From positions 1 through 64,000 of the forward strand of contig JAPEUG010000051.1 in the NCBI GenBank assembly GCA_026025795.1: a stretch of 64,000 bases of DNA. The letters are read 5' to 3'. Position 1 is the first letter of the stretch. Each line of letters starts with the position of its first letter. The position numbers were made by a program, and so were the translations under genes. This document shows positions 51,965-62,430 of the stretch, one piece after another. The notes beneath the pieces are model-generated. The model had not been told where the DNA came from. It was given only the letters and a program-made list of their open reading frames with translations, and did not search any database. This DNA is from Thelocarpon superellum (Eukaryota).

Positions 51965-54037
51965 TCATAATTCCAGCTGCAACTCCGTCACGCGCTGGTA
52001 CATCTCTAGTGCGCTATCGCTGTCTCGAAACTACGTCTTCATGTATTAGTCATCGGAGTCATGTGAAGATGTGTGTACGGAGGGTGAGACACGGGAGACG
52101 GGAGACGGGAGAGGGGAGAGGAGCGACTATATCACCTTCAACTGCATCATGGTGGGTTTCCCCCCCTCTAGAATGGTCAGCATGATGGACCGACTGGATT
52201 TCGTCGACGTGGGCACGGCGCCCTCGGGACTGAGCAGTTTCATGTTCTTGTAGATGGGCGCATTGAGAATGACGCGGTACACGCCCGACGCGCGCATCAG
52301 TAGTCGCGCGCTCGTCTTCATCGTCGTGTCCACGCCTTCATCCTCCTCCTCGTCTTGTTCTTCTTCTTGCCCGTTGCCGCCTTCGTTGCCTTCGTTGCCT
52401 TCGTCCTCGTGGCTGGAGGGCGGCGGAGGGCGCGACGCGTTCACTTTTAACACTCCCGCGCCTCGCTCCTTCCATCCGTGCTCCGCTGCGTTGTCGCCGC
52501 GCATTAGATGGTACAATTTCGCGTGGCCGGAAAAGACCGTCTCTTCGTCTTCTTCACCCGTCTCGACTGCATCGTGATGTCTGTTAGCGTGCTGGACTCT
52601 CATATGGCCACTTCCCCCTGCTCACCCTCTTGTTGTTGGAACCGGCGGTCTTCGCTGGCTTGTCTTGCCTTCTCACCGTCCTCGCCATTGCCGTCAGCAT
52701 CACCATCACCCTCGTCGTCCTCGTCGTCATCGTCTTCATCATCGCCTTCTGGCGCTCCAAATGCCTTGGACGGATGGTCACTCAGCCCAATGATCCCCGT
52801 CCCTGTCTTGGAGGTGAAGCTTGTGAGTCCACCCTTGGATCCGCCGAAGCCACCCGTAAGACCACCACCAAGACCTTCGCCAAGTTTTCCAAATCCAGAC
52901 GTAGTATTGGAGCCAAAGACCAAGGGCGTGCCGCCCAGCGCTCCTCCGAATGTGCTCGACGACGGAGATTTTTTCGCCGCCAACCCGGCGAAGCCTGAGG
53001 CTGTCGGATTGCTCGCCCCGAGCGTGCCAAATGGAGAGGCATTAGATCCAGCCAGGGCGGCAAATCCTGATGCAGCAAAGGCCGATGAGGACTGTTCCGA
53101 TGCCTCTTTGCTCTCGTTTGCTTCGCTCGAGGTCCCTACAGTATTTCCCGACTTCGGGCTGCCTAACGTGGCAAACGGTGAGATAGCTGACGTATTGGCG
53201 AAGCCGCTGGTGGGAGGGACCTTCGAAAGTAGTCTCAGCAACGTAGATAGCTTTACAGCTTGGACCCCAACATACCTTGGCGGGCTCCTTGGATTCCTTG
53301 CTTACCGCTTCTTGCGACGCGTCTCGATATCGCTTCTTCTCCGGTTGATCGCGGAAGATTCGGCTCGTTCGATTGGTTGTCGTCGTTACTCGATCTGGTT
53401 CCTCCGACCCTCTTTGCTCCTCCGTAGACTCGTCCTTCGCGGGCTCATCCTCCCTAGCGTGATCTTTGTCGAATTGGTCCCGGCTCCGCTTCTTCTTCGG
53501 CGATGCCAGTCGTTCCTTGGCATCCTCCATGGACGCATCGGCAGTGGCTGAGGGCGACACAGGTGTATCGCCAATGGTTGGGGAAGAGCTGGTAGGAACA
53601 TTCTCCGCGTCGTTCTCCTGCGCGGGGATCGATGCGATTGGCGTCTGAGGCCGATCTGCCGACGCATCTTCATCACCGGCTGCGGGCCTATCCGAAAGCT
53701 CCAAGATCCCTTCCATTCCTCCCTTGGTGGTCAAGGTCGTCGAAGAGGGGACGACGGCTCCATCCTTTCCTTCGATCTTGCGTTCAACGGCGGGTCCTCC
53801 AGTGGCCGCACCGTTCTCCCTCTCGTCTCCTTTCTTATGGGACGTATGGGATGAGGAACGTGCGACGGATGTTTGTGCCTGCTCCAGGACGTCATCCACG
53901 CCTCCCTCTGATCCTGACGCTGTCGACCGCATCTTGCCCGACTGATTTAGCACACCCAGGCTCGCGTTCTTGAGCTTTTCTCGCACGGGACGCTCATTAT
54001 CATTGTCGCTGGGCGAATCTTCTTCGGTGGAGGGCAT
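51965..54037 (-). CDS. Ran-binding-domain (RanBD1) nucleoporin/Yrb2-like protein
   Basis: N-terminal ERPVREKLK and KKRSRD, FG/FA-rich middle (GFANTSAISPF, FGGALG, FGKLG), RanBD VETGEEDEETVFSGHAKLY..WKERGAGVLKVN..ARLLMRASGVYRVILNAPI. The last exon FRDSDSALEMYQRVTELQLEL* is inferred. Confidence 0.85.
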
Positions 54038-55210
54038 TTCGGGTGTCAGGCCGTAGTAGGAAGGGTGGAGTCGGTTGACGTGGGTCTAAATGAAACAAAG
54101 CAAGTCAAGTCTGTTCAAGGCGGAGGATCAGCGCCGATCCCAATGATTGTATGCGTCGGGCCGTTGGGAATGCCTTCACAGAGCCTCATTTGTAGCTTGC
54201 GGCCGTAGAAAGGTTGAACGTGAGGGTAGGGGCCTGACCTATTGCGTTGGATAAGTAGCAGCCGCAGAGGGAAAGGACCCTGGACTGTGCAGTGGGATCA
54301 CTTGTGTTACTCGCACGACGAGATGGCCTTCACCGTTGACCGTTCACGAAGGCCTTAGTCTGATCACGCCCGGTGCATTGCCAAAGCCGCAAGATTGAGT
54401 CCACTAGGACCGTCGTGGTCAAGAGGCTCGTGGACGGAGACACTCTCTCCACAGAACGGTACCAAGCGGCCCTACGAAGCGTAGTGGCCACGAGACCGGC
54501 CTCGAGAGGGTCTTCGGGGAACGGCGGGTATGGACAGATCTGTCTCGAGGGTGGCTCTATCGAGGAATTGACCGCTCACATGCGTAGGCACCGGTCAGTT
54601 TCCGATACGAGGTCGGCCTCGATTAATTCAGGTGGGGGGTGACGGGGTTTTCTGGTCCCGTCCGCTCAACACGCGGGCGCCGGAGACGGCAGAGTGCACA
54701 ACAGAGCCAAGAGATCCGATGATCCGAGACTTACGAGATTCGACGGGGATGAGGGTTCGTGAAAGGAGAGAGTCGGGCAGCCGGGCAGCAGCAATAGCGA
54801 CAGTCTGGCCGGTGAGATGTGGTTACGCATTGATAGGCCAGGACCGCGAATTAGCGACCGACGTGCCCCCGCAAATCACACGTCAATCTCGCGCCGCGGT
54901 GTCGTGGGCGTGGGGAGGCCCACTTGCCGCGGGTCCGTAGTGCAGAATCAAACCGGCACCGGAGCCAGTCAGAGCATTGCCCAGGCCACCGACGCGACCG
55001 CTGCTGGTCCTCTTCGAGGTCGCATTCGACTCTCCCTCCGAGCGTCGACGCAAGATTACGCTTGACGCGTGCATGGCTGGCACTTGGCACTTGGCACAGC
55101 GTCCTGGATACATGTCTGCCTATCCGTCCTGATACATCAAGGTGCATTTACAGTGATCCGATAAAGAGATGAAGGAGCCAAGGGGTATTCGGTGGACCAC
55201 GTGCTCCAGC

Positions 55211-56265
55211 TCAGCTGATGAAGCAGAGACATCCCAGGCCCACGTAGAAGACGAACAGCGGGTAGACGGCAATCCCCACCCGATTCTTCACCACTCCCGA
55301 CCCGCCCAAGATACTGACGCCCGCTGCCAAGGACCAGCCCACCAAGACAATGTAGACGGGGATGCGAGCGATCGTCGGCAAGTGTAGGGCGCTGAACATG
55401 GCCGCCAGCACCAAGGGAAAGAGCGTGTAGCCGATGAGACAGATCGACTGGAAGAATGAACTGTCTCACTGCGTCAGCTCGGGTGGTGGGGTGAGTATTC
55501 GACTGCTCCAGCGACTCACATGTTTCCGCCGAGTAGCTTGATCTGCAGCGTCACCACCGCCTCACCGATCCAGACCATGGCAAAGACGCCCGAGAAGACG
55601 AGGGACTTCTGTGCCTCTTGGGCGGAGAGCGAGAGGAGTAAGGAGAGCAGCAGACAAAATACGAGCGGGCCCCTGTACAAGACCGGTGAGCATAGAAGAT
55701 CATGGCGGCCCGGAGTGATGGGCCGTATCATACCACAAGTCCCAATCGCGCAGGCCCTCGCTCATGCCTCCTTGAAGCACCACGTCGGCGTCTGGCCACC
55801 GACCGACCCCCAATAAGCCGCCAACCCCTTCGCGCTGGGCACCACCAATGCCGCCGCCTCGTTGCAGAACGCCGCCCAACAAGTACTTGGGCCAAAGCAC
55901 CTGGCGCATCTTCTCCCACACCGCCAGCAGGTCACGGGACAACGTCTCCCATACACTCTCATCAATGGTGTTGGTCGGTGCGCGCCGATCCTCGCCGGGA
56001 ATCGAGGAGGTTAGGTACGATTGGTTTAGAGGGTTATTGGACGATTGTGGCTGGATGTGGCCCGTCAACGGCGCCCGTTGAGACGTGCTCGCAATCGGAT
56101 CATCGAGATCATCCAAGGTCGCTGGTGTGCCATGTATCAGCGTTATTCGAGAGAACGATGGCCGTTCACGATGGGATCTGGCGTACCGTCATCCGGATCT
56201 ATCAGATCAGGCTCGACCGAAGGGCTTGCATGATTATCATACGGGTTCGACGATGAGCTTGCCAT
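55211..56265 (-). CDS. YIP4: Yip1-domain Golgi membrane protein (Yip4/YIPF6)
   Basis: TIDESVWETLSRDLLAVWEKMRQVLWP, LRDWDLW|GPLVFCLLLS, TLQIKLLGGN|ISFFQSICLIGYTLFPL, AVYPLFVFY. 3 introns. Confidence 0.9.
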
Positions 56266-56976
56266 GGTCGGCTGGCGACGGCAATCATCCACTCTTCAGT
56301 TTCGCGCGTCACTGCTCACCCGAGCGGCTCCGTTGCGACCAGGACGTCCGGGTCGAGATGGCGGAAAACGTTAACCCGAAGCTGTTGGGGCTCAAGATCC
56401 TGACCAAACGTTGGCGAGGGACAGCTAGACCTTCCGACCGTTCGGTTCGCTGACTGCAGGTCCGACCTATTCCCGTCACGGGACTCGAGCTATTTGCCTT
56501 TCTTCCTCCTTTTAGTGGTCCACCCTGCCAACATTGCTCACAGAATACATTGACCATATAAGACTCATCGCGTGATTCTATGCTTTGGAGGTTGGGCAAT
56601 GTCTAGACACGTACTCGAATCGTAACTAAGCATTTCATCACGCGGCAGACGGCTAGATCGGTCCGGCAGTCAGGCTTCGGCAGGGTGGCGCGGCTATTTA
56701 GCACCAGTCGCCCAGAGGAAGTGGGTTTCACTAGGCAGGGAGACGATGTTCGAAGTTCCTTGTAGTTAGCCAGTTAGCCACTTACTTAGGTAACTGCCAC
56801 AAAACCGGATACGCCTCTCTAAGCCGCCTGCGGTATGAAACCGGGCAGGTCGTTAAAGAACGTCATCACACCCGCTAATGATGTAGCTCTGCAGCGAGGG
56901 ACGATGAACCAGGGAAATATAAGAGAAGACATGGCTCAATCATCCTCTGCAAAACATCATCTCTATTCAGCTGAAC

Positions 56977-57310
56977 ATGGCGGACCTCTACTTTATTCTC
57001 ACCATGGTTATGGCCATCTTTACCATCCTCACCGTCGCCCTCGTTGGCGCATGGTACGGAGGGTACCTCGAACCGATCATCGTTCGCGTGACCAAGTTCA
57101 TCTTCATCTACAAAGCCAAGGCCGAAGAAAAGGCGTTGGAGGCGCAGGGGAAGAAGGCTGGGGTGGATTTCGTCAAAGGTACCTTTCCTCCGACCCCACT
57201 CTCGCATGATATCCGCGGCACGTGCTCACTGATCAACAGGGGACTTGCATGGAAACAAGCAAGCCGACGCCGTCGAAAACGAGGGCTTGGGCGCACTGAA
57301 GAAGCTCTGA
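56977..57310 (+). CDS. Small (about 90 aa) single-TM hypothetical protein
   Basis: MADLYFILTMVMAIFTILTVALVGAWYGGYLEP..YKAKAEEKALEAQGKKAGVDFVK. A canonical intron (GTACCT..CTGAT..CAG, 57179-57239) then gives GDLHGNKQADAVENEGLGALKKL*. Confidence 0.65.
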
Positions 57311-57618
57311 TAATATTGGCACGATTCAAGCCCTGATCCTGCTGCGATTTGTGGAGAAAAATGGAGCCTGCTGTACTTCTGTGCCGATGGTAGAATGTAA
57401 ACTGGTGTTGCGGCTGTGCAAAAACAAACGATAGACCTACATGCCTGTGAAGTTTAGCTGCACAGTTTTTGGACAGAATAGCATTCTCTGGAGACCGGAA
57501 ATTAAAGTCGATGAGGTAGAAAGATCCGCCCAATGATGCAAGTACGGATGATAAATCCGATGTTGAGGAATAAACTTGAGTTGAGTTTATATAATAGAAT
57601 AGGCCACTTAACTCGACC

Positions 57619-57804
57619 GGCTCAATGGTCTAGTGGTATGATTGTCGCTTCGGGATTTCATCGCCTGAGTGTTAGAAGCACTCTTCTGCGGTTACACTTT
57701 GGTGAAGCCATAGAAAAATGTGACAGGTCCCGGGTTCAAAGTAAATCTTTCATCCTAACTCCTTTGACCCATTAACTTACTGTTCGTTAGTCCCGGTTGA
57801 GCCC
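57619..57804 (+). tRNA. tRNA-Pro(CGG) with a canonical 37/38 intron (57655-57718) and a second 50-nt GT-AG insertion in the T-loop (57741-57790)
   Basis: Acceptor stem GGCTCAA/TTGAGCC, A-box TGGTCTAGTGG, anticodon stem GTCGC/GTGAC around TT-CGG-G..T, variable loop AGGTC, T-stem CCGGG/CCCGG, T-loop TTCAAA^T. Removing both inserts gives a standard 72-nt eukaryotic tRNA-Pro. Confidence 0.9.
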
Positions 57805-57821
57805 CAACTCAACTTGCCTTC

Positions 57822-57827
57822 TTTTTT
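57822..57827 (+). terminator. RNA polymerase III terminator (T6)
   Basis: Six-T run starting 18 nt after the tRNA discriminator base. Confidence 0.75.
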
Positions 57828-58114
57828 GCCCCTCTCTCGAATGAAATTTGGTTAATCTGCGGGGAGAGGGCGATCGGGAAGGTATCCGATCGGTCAAGTG
57901 ACCCGCCACGATTGGCCACCATTGCTCAGCGGTCATTCTTAGGGGCCATGCTCGCCCTGGATCTCCCCACCAGCTAGCGGTAACTCCCGTCCAGCATTAC
58001 GATACATGCTTCTGAAAGGCCTTGCCCTCACACCCCGACACCTCGGACGTGCCCACCGAGACAAGTATATGGGCTGCTTGAAGATGTAGCACCATCACAT
58101 TCATCGAGTGGAAG

Positions 58115-60214
58115 ATGGTTCTCCAAGACTTCTTTCTCCCCAAGACGAGCGCTTCAAGTCGAAAAGCACGCCGCGGCTTGTCGTGGAGCTCCTCGTCCTT
58201 GACGCGCTCCTTTCCGGCCCGCGCCCCAGCCCAAGATGCCAGGTACATTTGGGACGAGGCGATGCTGGAGGAGGAAAAGTCGCCAGAGGAGGCGGATCTG
58301 AAAACGCTCAACGGCTCTCTCGCTCTGCTGGCCTCGATCTTCCCGGACGTGCAGCCCGAGGTCTTCCGAGAGATGCTCTCCAGCTACGGCGAGGAGAGCA
58401 GGCTGCATGTTGTCACGGAGGCGCTCCTCAAACACAAGGCCAAGTGGGTGCGAGGTCAGTGGCGAGTACCCGGGAAAGACGGTCCTGCGGGACCGACGAG
58501 ATCAGCGGCGGCGTCAGCAAATGCTGGCGGGGCAATGAGCCTCGCGGTCGAGGAGCGCTTTCGCAGTGAACCCTACAAAAGAGCGGTACGCGGGGCTCTC
58601 TACCAGGAATTCCGAGATCTATCACACTCCGCCATCAACGCCGTGCTTGCCGAGCACAACTACTCCTATACCTTGAGCCGGCCGACGCTCGTCGCCCTCT
58701 CCTCCAAGTCATGGCGCTCCTCGCTCTCCTCCTTCTTCACGCGACGCAAACCATCCGTGTCCATGTCTACGGCGGTCAACCCGCTGCTCGTGTGGCGCCT
58801 GGTCGAGGGCGGGACGGACGAGTCGATCCCGATGCTACGGAGCACGGGCTCCGCCGAGCTGGACCGAGAACTGTTTGAGTCCTTGATTCGCCCCCTACAG
58901 CAGACCACCAAGGAGGCCAAGGAAGACCGAGACCACGAGATGGCGCTGCAGGCAAACGAGGCCGAGGCCGAGGCGGTCAACGCCATGTACGAATGCGGAT
59001 GCTGCTTCTCATCGACGACATTTGAACAGATGGTGGCCTGCGACCGAGGGGGGCACTGCGTTTGCTTCAGCTGTGTACGCCACGTGGTCCAGGAAGCGCT
59101 CTTCGGGCAGGGCTGGGCAAAGAACGTGGATGGGGGTGGCAAACTCCGGTGCATTACACCCATGCCGGACGATCGACTGGACTGCGAGGGCCGCATCCCC
59201 TCCGACTTGCTTCATCGAGCTCTAGTGGAAGAACGCGGAGGGGAAGAGGTGTGGCAGAAGCTGGAGGAACGAGTCGCCAGCGACGCATTACAAAAGAGCC
59301 AAGTCCCGCTGGTACGATGTCCGTTCTGCCCCTACGCCGAGGTGGACGACGTCCAGATCCACGCGTCGAGCGACACGTGGCGCATCAAACGAGCGGGCAT
59401 GTGCTCGCTCACGACCATTCTCCTAGTCATGGTGTCGGGGGCCTTTTCCTTCTTCCTCTCCTTCTTCCTCCTCATCACCATCCTCACGCTTCTACACCCC
59501 TCGACTCCCTCCCTCCCCGCCCAACTTTCCACGCAGCTCTCCGCCTCACTCACGCGCCTGGCCCGACGCCGACGCGGGCTGAAATTCACATGCCAATCGC
59601 CCATGTGCGCCCGGTCCTCGTGCATGTCATGCGAGAAGGAATGGCGCGACATCCACATCTGCTACGAGTCGGAACGGCTCGCGTTGCGCGCACACGTGGA
59701 ACGGGCCATGTCATCAGCGGTCAAGCGGACGTGTCCAAGATGCAATCTCTCCTTCGTCAAGGCATCGGGATGCAACAAACTGACGTGCGTGTGCGGGTAC
59801 CACATGTGCTACGTTTGCCGCAAGGAGATTGGAAACGAGGGCTACCGGCACTTCTGCGAGCACTTCCGGCCCAAGGGCGCCGGGGCCTGCGAAGTCTGCG
59901 ACAAGTGCGACCTGTACCGCGCCGAGGACGAGGCGCGCGCGGTGCGCCAGGCGGCGGAGGACGCGGAACGCGAATGGCGCAGCAACGAGACCGGTGCAGG
60001 CGGCCGCGCGCTCGAAGATTGGCGGTGGGAACGGCGGGATGACTTTGCCGGCACGAGTGGCGGCTTGAGCGGCATCGGCAGTGGTAGTGGCGGTGGGGCA
60101 GGTGCAACGTGGCTCCGGCCGAGTACATGGCAGGGCTGGACGCATCTTCAGAAGAAAAGCGCAGCACAAGATGCGTTTGACTGGCTGGTGGAGAATCTGG
60201 TGGAGCTCCCATGA
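58115..60214 (+). CDS. RBR (RING-IBR-RING) E3 ubiquitin ligase, RNF216/TRIAD3-like, with N-terminal CUE-like region
   Basis: LASIFPDVQPEVFREML (CUE-like). RING1 ECGCCF..C..GHCVCFSC. IBR CPFC...CQSPMC..SCMSC...HIC. RING2 RTCPRCNLSFVKASGCNKLTCVCGYHMCYVCR. Single 699-aa ORF. Confidence 0.92.
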   Translation: MVLQDFFLPKTSASSRKARRGLSWSSSSLTRSFPARAPAQDARYIWDEAMLEEEKSPEEADLKTLNGSLALLASIFPDVQPEVFREMLSSYGEESRLHVVTEALLKHKAKWVRGQWRVPGKDGPAGPTRSAAASANAGGAMSLAVEERFRSEPYKRAVRGALYQEFRDLSHSAINAVLAEHNYSYTLSRPTLVALSSKSWRSSLSSFFTRRKPSVSMSTAVNPLLVWRLVEGGTDESIPMLRSTGSAELDRELFESLIRPLQQTTKEAKEDRDHEMALQANEAEAEAVNAMYECGCCFSSTTFEQMVACDRGGHCVCFSCVRHVVQEALFGQGWAKNVDGGGKLRCITPMPDDRLDCEGRIPSDLLHRALVEERGGEEVWQKLEERVASDALQKSQVPLVRCPFCPYAEVDDVQIHASSDTWRIKRAGMCSLTTILLVMVSGAFSFFLSFFLLITILTLLHPSTPSLPAQLSTQLSASLTRLARRRRGLKFTCQSPMCARSSCMSCEKEWRDIHICYESERLALRAHVERAMSSAVKRTCPRCNLSFVKASGCNKLTCVCGYHMCYVCRKEIGNEGYRHFCEHFRPKGAGACEVCDKCDLYRAEDEARAVRQAAEDAEREWRSNETGAGGRALEDWRWERRDDFAGTSGGLSGIGSGSGGGAGATWLRPSTWQGWTHLQKKSAAQDAFDWLVENLVELP

Positions 60215-60246
60215 GGATGAAGTATTTACTTAATCGTATGCCTATA

Positions 60247-60287
<41 letters not shown>

Positions 60288-60313
60288 CAACCATCATCAC
60301 AACCATCATCATC
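60247..60313. repeat. (CAT)n microsatellite with CAC/AAC interruptions
   Basis: About 13 perfect CAT units followed by (catcacaac)-type units, between two convergent genes. Confidence 0.95.
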
Positions 60314-60331
60314 ACTGTACTTCCGTACGCA

Positions 60332-61732
60332 CTAGGTCAGATTGCGGCGCAACACCGCGTTCCCCCCCTTCTTCATGGACACCAGCACGCCCTCGACAGC
60401 GGCGCGTTTCCGCGCGACGGCCTCCTCACGGATCCGTATCTCCTCTTCAAAGTCTCGTGCCACATTCCGCCGGCGCTCGCGCGCCGCCGTGCGCCGCGCC
60501 ACGTGGTCCGCGAAGCGCGCGACGAACCAGTCGCCGCATTCCTCCCACGTCTGTGTGCTTAGCGCGTTGCAGAACCCGCGCTGCTCCGTCTCTGCTTGCG
60601 TCGCCATGTGCGATAGCTGCTCGGAAAGCGGTAGGGCTGCCTGTGCGCTGGATAGGGCGTATGTGGGCCCCGTGGCCGAGGGATCCTCGTCGAATGTCTC
60701 CGCTGCGAGCGTTGCGTAGGTCATTCGTGACAGTGTCGCAGGGCTGTAGTCTAACTTGGTCTCGGGCTCCATTTGGTGCCGTGCGGGCCCGCCGTGGCCT
60801 CCTGCCTTTCCTGAGGCGGGCGAGCCGGAGGCATCGTCGTCGAGGTCGTCCTCTGCGAGATCGCTGGCGTCAAATACGTTGTGGTCGTCGCTTTGGGGAG
60901 CTTGCGTCCCTTGGTGGTGTACGCGTGATGGATCCAGGGCCTTCTTGACGACGCTGGTGCGATGTCGGTGGCTCTTCTCCCCTTTGTGGCCTCGGAGCTC
61001 GAGGAGCTGGTCCGGTGGATCTTGATTCTCCGTCTGCGCCTCTGCGCGGACATTCGATCGTCCGCGACCGCTGAGAGGGGGGTCTGCACGACGTCGCTCG
61101 TTCACCTTGTCCGTCTCTCGCCGTGCCTCGGCCATCTGCTCTTTCGTAAACGTCATCGTCGGGTCCTCTTCCACCGGCATATCTTCCTCGTCTTCACTCT
61201 CGCTTTGCTCGAGGGCGCTGGCTTCCTCGATCGCTTCTACGGGCGAAGCAGCCGGGGAGAGAATTCTGGGGGGCGCCATCGGCCGGAGATTTTCCGCCAC
61301 GATCCGGGAGGGACGGTGCATGGCCAGTCTCACTCCCGGCCCAGGTGGCCTCGAGAGCTGTCTCGGCACGTCTTGAATCCCTGCAGACATGGTGGCCTCA
61401 CTTCCGATTGTCGACTCGTCGATCTGGTCCACGTCGGTGTCGTAGACGTCTCCGCCTGGGCCGGGTCCGTTGTTCGCCCACTGCCTTTGCACCATGGGCT
61501 GGTCCTCTCGCGTCCTCACTGTGGATGTTGATCCGTGCCGCACTGGTGCGGCCCATGCGCGTGGGGCCGTGGCGGGCTCGTGTGACTGTGGCGTCTTTCT
61601 CAGCAGCGGGTACGCCTGGCTTGCTTGCTCCACGACACCAGCAGCTGCAGGCTCGTCGTGTGTTGGCGCGCCGCCCGATGAGATGCTGTGGTATCCATGC
61701 CCTCGGACAAAGTCTTGCATCTTCCACGGCAT
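60332..61732 (-). CDS. ECM11 (extracellular mutant protein 11) C-terminal-domain protein
   Basis: Disordered N-terminus, then LDYSPATLSRMTYATLAAETFDEDP...FCNALSTQTWEECGDWFVARF..RERRRNVARDFEEEIRIREEAV...MKKGGNAVL. Confidence 0.8.
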   Translation of the reverse strand: MPWKMQDFVRGHGYHSISSGGAPTHDEPAAAGVVEQASQAYPLLRKTPQSHEPATAPRAWAAPVRHGSTSTVRTREDQPMVQRQWANNGPGPGGDVYDTDVDQIDESTIGSEATMSAGIQDVPRQLSRPPGPGVRLAMHRPSRIVAENLRPMAPPRILSPAASPVEAIEEASALEQSESEDEEDMPVEEDPTMTFTKEQMAEARRETDKVNERRRADPPLSGRGRSNVRAEAQTENQDPPDQLLELRGHKGEKSHRHRTSVVKKALDPSRVHHQGTQAPQSDDHNVFDASDLAEDDLDDDASGSPASGKAGGHGGPARHQMEPETKLDYSPATLSRMTYATLAAETFDEDPSATGPTYALSSAQAALPLSEQLSHMATQAETEQRGFCNALSTQTWEECGDWFVARFADHVARRTAARERRRNVARDFEEEIRIREEAVARKRAAVEGVLVSMKKGGNAVLRRNLT

Positions 61733-62430
61733 GCCGAAGCTGGCTTGGTGTAATCCGGCGTTTCATCGATCGCACAGGTTCAGCGGAAGCGTGCACCGTG
61801 CCATGCGGTATTCTCGTGCCTATGGAGCATGGCGAGTAGTGCCGTGTCGTGGCACAACGTGGATCAAACGAAAAGCTTCATTGTCCTTGGAAAGATTGTC
61901 GTTGAGTGGGGAAAAGTAAACTTGGGGAGTTGGAGCTGTCACTATCCACGGGTCTTTGCATCTCTGTGTGTGAAAGAAGAATATGATTGAACATGGCAGC
62001 TATCAACACAACGAAACAATACCAGCCGCAGGCGAAGTGTTCTGACTTTCTGACTCGCGATGAGCGATCGTATCGACGGGGATGAGGGTCCGATACGCGC
62101 ATCATTCTCCTACTTAAGCACTCCGTGTGCGTCTGTACTAGACTCTGTTTCTACAGCTTTTCATCTCAAGTGCGTGAATAAAACCTCGGGTCTCGAGCCA
62201 AAGTTATTAGTCCATGGAGATATATCGGCCCAAGCTACTTTCCTGCGGCTGGACAGCGACCAAATCCGTAGGAAGTCACAAGGAAACAAAGGTCCGTGAC
62301 TACATCCCCAAGCATTCAAAATTCGCACTCAGTCCTTTTCCACTCCATAGCACAAGATCAGATGCCGTGACAAGTATAAAGTGTAACAGAACGCTCGCTT
62401 GCCAACATGAAAAACCGAGACGAAGCCATG

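Noticed and set aside
52508..53551. 347-aa plus-strand ORF, and similar long antisense ORFs over the M3 peptidase, mpdA, YPK1 and PGI
   Set aside because: Antisense shadows of well-supported genes with biased codon usage.
57533..57775. 80-aa ORF overlapping the tRNA, which could make the GT-AG insert an mRNA intron
   Set aside because: The ORF has no coding features and simply reads through the tRNA. Excising the insert precisely rebuilds the tRNA T-arm, not a protein.
60211..60948. ORF beginning with a poly-His tract
   Set aside because: A translation of the (CAT)n microsatellite followed by the antisense of the ECM11-like gene.
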